This document shows positions 58,901-64,000 of a stretch of DNA of 64,000 nt, piece after piece. The stretch covers positions 2,556-66,555 of the forward strand of contig CAYIFB010000005.1 of assembly GCA_964362665.1 (NCBI GenBank), given 5' to 3'. The stretch is from an uncultured Gammaproteobacteria bacterium (GTDB lineage: Bacteria; Patescibacteriota; Microgenomatia; 2-02-FULL-39-11). Position 1 is the first letter of the stretch, and the number at the start of each line of letters is the position of its first letter. The translations under genes and the position numbers were made by a program. The notes under the pieces were generated by a model. That model worked only from the letters and a program-made list of their open reading frames with translations. It searched no databases and was not told where the DNA came from.

Positions 58901-60291
58901 GCGTATTGAGTATTGATGACTACATTACTTGAGTTTTTCCAACTATTATCGCTAGTGGCTGCCAGACACCCGTCGTAAGCCGCCTCCATATTTGAGGTAG
59001 TGAGAGGATCATTGGCGTTCCAGTTGTAATCGATTACGTTGGTAGTAAAATCTACAGCGCTGTTATCAGTTATCATTACCATTGTCAGGTTGACCTGATT
59101 TATGACCGCGCTATCAGGAATAGAGCTGGTGGTAAATTCTAAAAAGGATCGAAGGACAGTATAGGTGACTGAAACTAATTTCTGTCCTACAGTTCCCGCT
59201 ACTTGAGTTGTCCCGACAGCATCTGCCGTATTTCTAGCACCGGTATATGTCAAACCACTTCCACTGACGGATCCATCTGCGGTGGTTCCGGCAAAGTCCG
59301 GATCGATCGTCACCGGATAGCTTGTCCCTAACTTTTTCAGCCAACTGACAGGAACAGAAGTATAGAGATACCAAGTATTCCCTTCTTTTATCAAGAATCT
59401 TCTTATGGATGCAGAATTATCTTTAGCGTCATGTCCTTCCGGGAAAGGAAAGATGGTGGTTTTACCGTTGTCTGTTAGGACAAGAGAATCTTTTGTTGTA
59501 AGCTCGTATTTAGCATTATTAGCATTTAGTGATTGGCCATTTAAAGTAAGATTGGAGGTCGTGGAAATCGTAGCCTTTAAAGTGAGGAGATCATCCAGAG
59601 ATGCATTATCAACAAGAGACGGATCTTCCAGGACTAAATCTTCACGAGCTCCAAGGTCATAGGCATTAATGATAAGTTTGACGCGATCACCATCCAAGGT
59701 AAGAAGATTATCAGTCTTATTTACTTTAGGATTATCAAGATTGTTTATCCTTATAAAAGCGTTGTTGATAGGATTATAAATTCCCAGTGTCGGAGCTCCA
59801 CTTTCCAGAAGAGAGTCACCGTTCTTTTGGGTTATTGCTCCATTCTTTGACAAATATAGTCCTACTCCATTTTTGGTCTGGTAGTCGTATCTGGGATCTG
59901 TACTTTTCTCCAGTGAATAATCAATCGGTTGCCAAATACCAGGTGCAACCTCGTAGTTCTGTTTAAAGCCGGTAAAAAGAGCAGTCACAGTACCGTCAGC
60001 ATTTTTAAAATGGGTGGAATAGGCATCTTTTGATACTACCTCTTTATCCCGAAGATCCATCTTGTCTGCCTGAGTATCAATCCAACGCACGCCTGTTTTG
60101 GGGCCGATGGAGTTATTGGCATAGACTTTTTGGGAGGATAATTTTGGCAGTACCAGGTAATAAGCACCAATTAAAAGTCCGCCAATACTGGAGACAAACA
60201 ACAAAGAACAGATAATCCTTCGATAAAACTCAGGACAGGCAGGTAACAGGGAAAATCTTGACTTGAAATTACGCCGGGCAGATTTTTTCAT
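55999..60291 (-). CDS. Large surface protein: N-terminal TM, DNRLRE-like domain, FN3 repeats, C-terminal DUF1554-like domain
   Basis: YPVTIDP, RSFLEF; GLSANTTYYYRVRA-type FN3 repeats; DADGDNYP; RKVFYT...GADTFCQ...YRAWLS...LYCIQQ. Confidence 0.85.
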   Translation of the reverse strand: MKKSARRNFKSRFSLLPACPEFYRRIICSLLFVSSIGGLLIGAYYLVLPKLSSQKVYANNSIGPKTGVRWIDTQADKMDLRDKEVVSKDAYSTHFKNADGTVTALFTGFKQNYEVAPGIWQPIDYSLEKSTDPRYDYQTKNGVGLYLSKNGAITQKNGDSLLESGAPTLGIYNPINNAFIRINNLDNPKVNKTDNLLTLDGDRVKLIINAYDLGAREDLVLEDPSLVDNASLDDLLTLKATISTTSNLTLNGQSLNANNAKYELTTKDSLVLTDNGKTTIFPFPEGHDAKDNSASIRRFLIKEGNTWYLYTSVPVSWLKKLGTSYPVTIDPDFAGTTADGSVSGSGLTYTGARNTADAVGTTQVAGTVGQKLVSVTYTVLRSFLEFTTSSIPDSAVINQVNLTMVMITDNSAVDFTTNVIDYNWNANDPLTTSNMEAAYDGCLAATSDNSWKNSSNVVINTQYASANLSTSWITKDTSYGGSTYYCLSSNKDTNNTAPAGREDINLATADNTNAAYKPFLTITYQPAQVAATAATNVIDTSFSANWNTQSGSGADGYTLDVATDSGFTSFVATGCGGGSCNAKAVGNVTTYSVTGLSANTTYYYRVRATDSVGGGTGVNSSTITVTTLATPVANSATSTLAIDTTSSSAGANVASLSWSHTVSGVNRLLVVGVSKRSYNSVTSVTYNGVALTKSGAVQAGSGDFSRSELWYLVNPPTGTNTIVVTPGGNDWMQTGAISFTGANQITPLGIFASNFGGSGVTSASVNVTSAPGEIVVDALTFWNTTTDATKGASQTLQWSTSSDNAWNGRGSTQSGANSVTMSWTIPSSGAQGWALTAVSIKPNTINENSFTGSWAAVTGATSYKLSVTTNSDCSTSPITSSNCGGGTCNLYNIGNVTQYSITNGLSANTTYYYCLKATFASGDSALSNKVTVLTAPTTPTNVSLQSFNIADSGFFFSYDSMTGASTYNVMVDDNSDFSSPLSSYNPGSVGTAFASVNTGVSAGTTYYYKVASVNSAGSVSSYTSPGTVTTYSSTPTLNAASNVTYKYFQINWSSNPGPTGYYVEVARDSTFNQYIPSFGETADNTPPGMFIPAPTMAVAVDYLLPGTTYYYRVRAQNSTGTSLPVNPAPSIITTPMPTGTAGICNTGTGNVNFTWSCTPATGIDFVSGGNLTIGSGTTFTMPSNYTFVWEPGQKIIINGSIVHATNSKIQQGYPVYPDADGDNYPDSLTPTIMITVPPGYKKPSQLATNGWFTRDCDPALATANRDCTPRKVFYTTTNHDGNFAGVGGADTFCQNQANAAGLYGTYRAWLSNTTTPAPARLTPGPYKYTLVDGTVVANSFAGFSSGSLVNPISKSAAGITTQKNIWTNTTSTGTINDNTLAGTCQNWTDGTSSNTGKIGTNDSATSTWTQLPAQSAYCNNATLALYCIQQ
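60215..60243. repeat. Family D element, in frame near the N-terminus of the 1430-aa protein
   Basis: ATCCTTCGATAAAACTCAGGACAGGCAGG; encodes PACPEFYRR just before the TM helix. Confidence 0.75.
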
Positions 60292-60309
60292 TTTTAATTT
60301 TCACGTTTT

Positions 60310-60870
60310 TTATCTGAATATAGGATTTAAGGTTGACTTGGCACCGCTTTCGGCGATTGCTTCTATATTCATTATATATTTAAAATAATTGCCATCATCC
60401 ACAATCCAGGCGCCTTCCCATTTGCCGTTGTTGGCTGTTCCTGAGACCAGTTTCAATTCATGCGGGGTAGATTTATTGTCTGTAACTGTTGTTAGTATGA
60501 CACTTTTGACAGGAGATTTGTAGTCGACCATAAGGCTGACTGTCTGGTTTCCCCCTTTTATGATATCCAGAGGATTGATGGTGAGTTTACTGATAGATGG
60601 ACCGGAGTTATTTCCACTTTGGACTTCAAAAACCTGTATTCCTGTAGGAAGTGGTCTTAAATTGCCGGGAATGACAGTAGGGAAAGGGGTGGGAGTGAGA
60701 GTTATTGTCGGAGCGGGAGATATAGTATTGGCTAATTTCTTGAAAAATGGTTTAAAGCTGGGGGAAAATAAACCAACCAACAAACCGATGATAATGACCG
60801 CGATAAATAAAACCGCGATTCGTAACGAAGAGTTACTACTACTTTTGCTTTTCTTAACCTGGGCAGTCAT
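60310..60870 (-). CDS. Membrane-anchored 186-aa beta-rich protein, paralog of 51444..52004
   Basis: N-terminal TM, PT linker, TDNKS and GKWEGAW motifs. Confidence 0.75.
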   Translation of the reverse strand: MTAQVKKSKSSSNSSLRIAVLFIAVIIIGLLVGLFSPSFKPFFKKLANTISPAPTITLTPTPFPTVIPGNLRPLPTGIQVFEVQSGNNSGPSISKLTINPLDIIKGGNQTVSLMVDYKSPVKSVILTTVTDNKSTPHELKLVSGTANNGKWEGAWIVDDGNYFKYIMNIEAIAESGAKSTLNPIFR

Positions 60871-60896
60871 AAAAAAGATAATATCTCTTAAATTTT

Positions 60897-60926
60897 AGTG
60901 TATAAAAATAGATAGAAGTTTGTCAA
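60897..60926 (-). promoter_or_regulatory. Putative sigma70 promoter
   Basis: TTGACA-N18-TACACT on the minus strand, 27 nt upstream of ATG 60870. Confidence 0.45.
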
Positions 60927-60947
60927 GCGCATTTAATTTATTATCCA

Positions 60948-61014
60948 CCCCCGGTACTATGCTTACTTTGTTTCGTGGTTTACATCCACGCAAACAAAGA
61001 GCGCAAGTACGGGG
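60948..61014. mobile_element. REP-like hairpin element (CCCCG-GTAC...GTAC-GGGG)
   Basis: Outer CCCCGGTAC/GTACGGGG; inner CTTTGTTT-CGTGG/CCACG-C-AAACAAAG. Confidence 0.75.
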
Positions 61015-61022
61015 CAAGCAGT

Positions 61023-63998
61023 TTAATTGATAATCCACCAATTGAATTTCACATCATAAGGAATTGGCGAGTCCAGAGCGACAGTAAAGTATGAACCGGC
61101 CTTTTTATCTGCCACAAAGATGACTTTATTGGCAGTTGGTGAAGCGGGGGTCATATATATTAATGTATGTTCGGTGATTTGACTATTATAAATGATAAGC
61201 TGCTGTGAGCCTGCCGGTATGATATTCTGGCCTGTTGTCCCCTGGGAATCGGCGCTTGGGATATTGATTCCATGCAGGCTTAAGTTCTCTGCAGCTGACA
61301 AAAGACCGGAGACGGAAGATGGCGAAGCTTCTTTATAATTCAAATTCAGCTTATTGAGCGTAAGTTCACCAGATATTGTGGCATTACCCGATGCGTCAAA
61401 AGATGCTGCAGGTTCTGCGCTATTACCTTTAATAATCAGCTTGCCGAAGCTATCCGGATCGGTAGTGTTGCTATTTGAGAGATTTATCGCAAGGTCTTTG
61501 CCAAGCGGGCTGATCTGGTCTGTCACTATTCCTTCACGGGCGATGATCTGCCCAGCCACATCCAGATTGCCGAATTTATCTATAACCAGCCGTCCGCCGA
61601 GGAAGTCTATACTATTCAGTGAGCTAAGATAAAGAGTATTTCCTAAGGAGGCAACTTTATTATTTTCAATGACAATTCCGCCATCGACGATAAGTTGTCC
61701 TGAAATAGTTGTGTCTGCCAGAGAGCTTTGGCCATATACCGTCAGGTCTGAAAGGGTATGCACCTGGTTTTGAGAACTGGTGTCAGTTGGCTGGGTAAGG
61801 ACAATATTGTCAGTCAGAGCCACGTTGTTATCAGGATTGGGGATAGATGTCGGATTGATAAAGGCCGTACTCGTGGCGATAAATTGCTCGACACTTTGAT
61901 TGAGCTGTGAAGATGATGTCAAAAATCCTGTCAGCTGGTCAAGGAGCGTGGCCGAACTTGATGATGTGTCGGCAGATGAAGTGGAAGCATTGAGCGTTGA
62001 TAAATCAATTGTGGGCGTCGGACTTGGCGTGTCAGTCGGACTTGGTGCGATAGTCGGAGTTGGTGCTTCCGTGATACTGGCGGTAATATTTTGATTTTCC
62101 AGAGTGGCAACTCTTCCCAAAAGGTCACCGAAGGAAGACTGAAGATTGTTTATTTGATCAGACTCTATCGTGCCGTTTACTTTAAGTTTATTTACAGACA
62201 ATTCCCCTGAGATAGTGGCTTCACCGGCAGATAATTTACCGGTTTGTGTTTCTTGGGAAGTTATAATTCCGGCAACTGTAGCCTCATTAAATACCGCTTG
62301 ATCAGACTTCAGAGTTCCGGCGAAAGTAGCGTTACCTGAAGCGTCTATTTCCGCAACAGTCTGTCCGTCTTTACCTATAACAGAAATGTTACCAGCGGAA
62401 GTTGATGTATTTTGACTAAGGTCAAATTCAATCTTTCCTTGGTCGGACAAAGGCGCGATTGAGTCAGTCTTCAGCCTTGCTAAATTGGCGGTACCTGTTG
62501 CTGTAAGATCACCGACAGGGGAGAGGATTTGGTTATTACCAAGCTGGGTAAGGTTGCCGACCGTCAGATTTTCAACTTTCAAATTTTTGATGACGGCAGA
62601 ATTGGCAACTATCGTGTCAAAAATTCCCTGTGCTGCATCCACAATTCCGGCTTTAATATTGGCGATTATGGCATTTGAATACGAGGCAAAGTCATAAATG
62701 ACGTCGCCTGATTTAGTACGCAGTTCATAGATGTTATTTTCACTAGGTTGATTCAGGCTGGCACTTTCACTGGAAATAAGTATGTCATAGCCGGAAATTC
62801 CACCTAATGAGTCCTGAGGTAGGTTCCCGTTTTGATCCAAAGTTACTTGATTATCAGGGCTGTTCAGGACGTATCCTAAGCTGTCGGAATATCGGATATT
62901 TTGATAATTTTGTGCATCAAATCTGGGTGCAGTCAGGCGGTAGGCGATACTTGTCGGTCGCCCTGAATAGATTGACAGCTGATTTAGGTTTTTATCAATT
63001 TTATACCAAGTTCTGGTGTTATCAGATGGAGTCAAAAGCACGACCATTTTATCAAGATTATTCGCAATATCAGTGACTTTAGAGAACAGCCACAAATCAG
63101 AACCTTTCAGCGAATTGTTAAAGTCGATAATCTTACGGTATCCGATACCCGGCACCAATTCATCGGTATTAACAAAGCCCGTGGTTTCCTCTTTGACTCC
63201 TGTCATGGCGGGTAGGTAGGTGGCGTATTTTTCACCATTTATTGTATATGGAGGATCAATTAAACCCACATCAATCTTACCGGTACCGGTACCGACTACC
63301 AGAAAGTTATTGGTTGTGCCGTCGCCGACAATATTTACTTTGCCGTTGATGTCAAGCATATAACCATTGGAAGGATTAGTAGTACCTATACCTAAATAGC
63401 CTGTATTGATATATGATTCGTTGGATGAGTTAGCGTCTAGTAGTACTGCGACGGCATTTGACGAATTATAGATGTTCAGCGATGTATTGACAGAATTATT
63501 GCCAAGTCCGATATAGCCGGACGTATCAGCAGCTATGAAAAGCTGGTTATTGACGGACCCTCCCGAGGCTTTAATAGTTACAAGCGAGGTATTTGCCGTA
63601 TCACCGAAAGATATAATAGGTACTCCTTGAGCAAAGGAAAATCTGTGAGGTCCACTTCCTTCAGCTAAGAGTCCTTTGCCGGCTACAGTCGCTGCAGTAC
63701 CGGATGTTGCTGCATAATTGGACATGGCACTTGCTTCCTCAAGTTGTGCACCCCAGGCCCAGACCGTATATCCGCCGCTTAGTACATATCCAATATAAAA
63801 GTTTACACCGGTATCAGCTCCACCTACGGCTTGAGTTATTGAGAACCGTTGCCATCTATTGGTAACTGTTATTGATTGTAATCCTCCGTTAGCATTAGTT
63901 GAGTCTTGAATTGCCAAGCTAATTGTCGTGTCTGACGCAGCTTTCAACCAGACAGATCCGGTAAAAGTTTTAGAGCCAACAGATGCTCCATAAGAATA
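61023..63998 (-). CDS. Very large secreted beta-rich protein, 5'-truncated by window
   Basis: Frame open to the window end; WGAQLE and GIGTTNP motifs, PT linker, C-terminal FNWWIIN. Confidence 0.8.
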   Translation of the reverse strand, partial: YSYGASVGSKTFTGSVWLKAASDTTISLAIQDSTNANGGLQSITVTNRWQRFSITQAVGGADTGVNFYIGYVLSGGYTVWAWGAQLEEASAMSNYAATSGTAATVAGKGLLAEGSGPHRFSFAQGVPIISFGDTANTSLVTIKASGGSVNNQLFIAADTSGYIGLGNNSVNTSLNIYNSSNAVAVLLDANSSNESYINTGYLGIGTTNPSNGYMLDINGKVNIVGDGTTNNFLVVGTGTGKIDVGLIDPPYTINGEKYATYLPAMTGVKEETTGFVNTDELVPGIGYRKIIDFNNSLKGSDLWLFSKVTDIANNLDKMVVLLTPSDNTRTWYKIDKNLNQLSIYSGRPTSIAYRLTAPRFDAQNYQNIRYSDSLGYVLNSPDNQVTLDQNGNLPQDSLGGISGYDILISSESASLNQPSENNIYELRTKSGDVIYDFASYSNAIIANIKAGIVDAAQGIFDTIVANSAVIKNLKVENLTVGNLTQLGNNQILSPVGDLTATGTANLARLKTDSIAPLSDQGKIEFDLSQNTSTSAGNISVIGKDGQTVAEIDASGNATFAGTLKSDQAVFNEATVAGIITSQETQTGKLSAGEATISGELSVNKLKVNGTIESDQINNLQSSFGDLLGRVATLENQNITASITEAPTPTIAPSPTDTPSPTPTIDLSTLNASTSSADTSSSSATLLDQLTGFLTSSSQLNQSVEQFIATSTAFINPTSIPNPDNNVALTDNIVLTQPTDTSSQNQVHTLSDLTVYGQSSLADTTISGQLIVDGGIVIENNKVASLGNTLYLSSLNSIDFLGGRLVIDKFGNLDVAGQIIAREGIVTDQISPLGKDLAINLSNSNTTDPDSFGKLIIKGNSAEPAASFDASGNATISGELTLNKLNLNYKEASPSSVSGLLSAAENLSLHGINIPSADSQGTTGQNIIPAGSQQLIIYNSQITEHTLIYMTPASPTANKVIFVADKKAGSYFTVALDSPIPYDVKFNWWIIN

Positions 63999-64000
63999 AG

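Noticed and set aside
59941-59954. AGGTGCAACCTCGT match to family E inside the 1430-aa gene
   Set aside because: The stem is short (AGGT/ACCT) and the residues (YEVAP) fit an ordinary sequence context; may be chance.
104-63219. Numerous 60-180 aa ORFs overlapping longer genes in other frames
   Set aside because: No recognisable motifs, and they are nested in well-supported CDSs; treated as spurious.

Overview
AT-rich bacterial window. The gene repertoire (RRM protein, CxxC zinc-ribbon proteins, many GT-C-like membrane proteins, very large secreted proteins) resembles Patescibacteria/CPR, Microgenomates-like; this is an inference only. Layout: 1-8 kb holds an NCS1 permease, a nicotinamidase-like enzyme, small RNA/Zn-binding proteins and two GT-C-like proteins. 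About 8-50 kb is a large surface-glycosylation locus with most of the roughly 11 GT-C-like proteins (including a 5-member paralog family), 4 GT2 enzymes, and heptose, ThDP-dependent branched-sugar and amino-sugar modules. 50-64 kb encodes secreted surface proteins, including a duplicated two-gene module (186-aa anchored protein plus DUF1554-like protein) and an S8 protease. The most striking feature is a set of at least six families of short palindromic elements (about 17-150 bp). They occur between genes and also IN FRAME inside at least 8 intact genes, where they add peptide loops, often at equivalent positions of paralogous proteins. No transposase, rRNA, tRNA or CRISPR array was recognised. 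All calls come from reading motifs by eye; no database searches were run.
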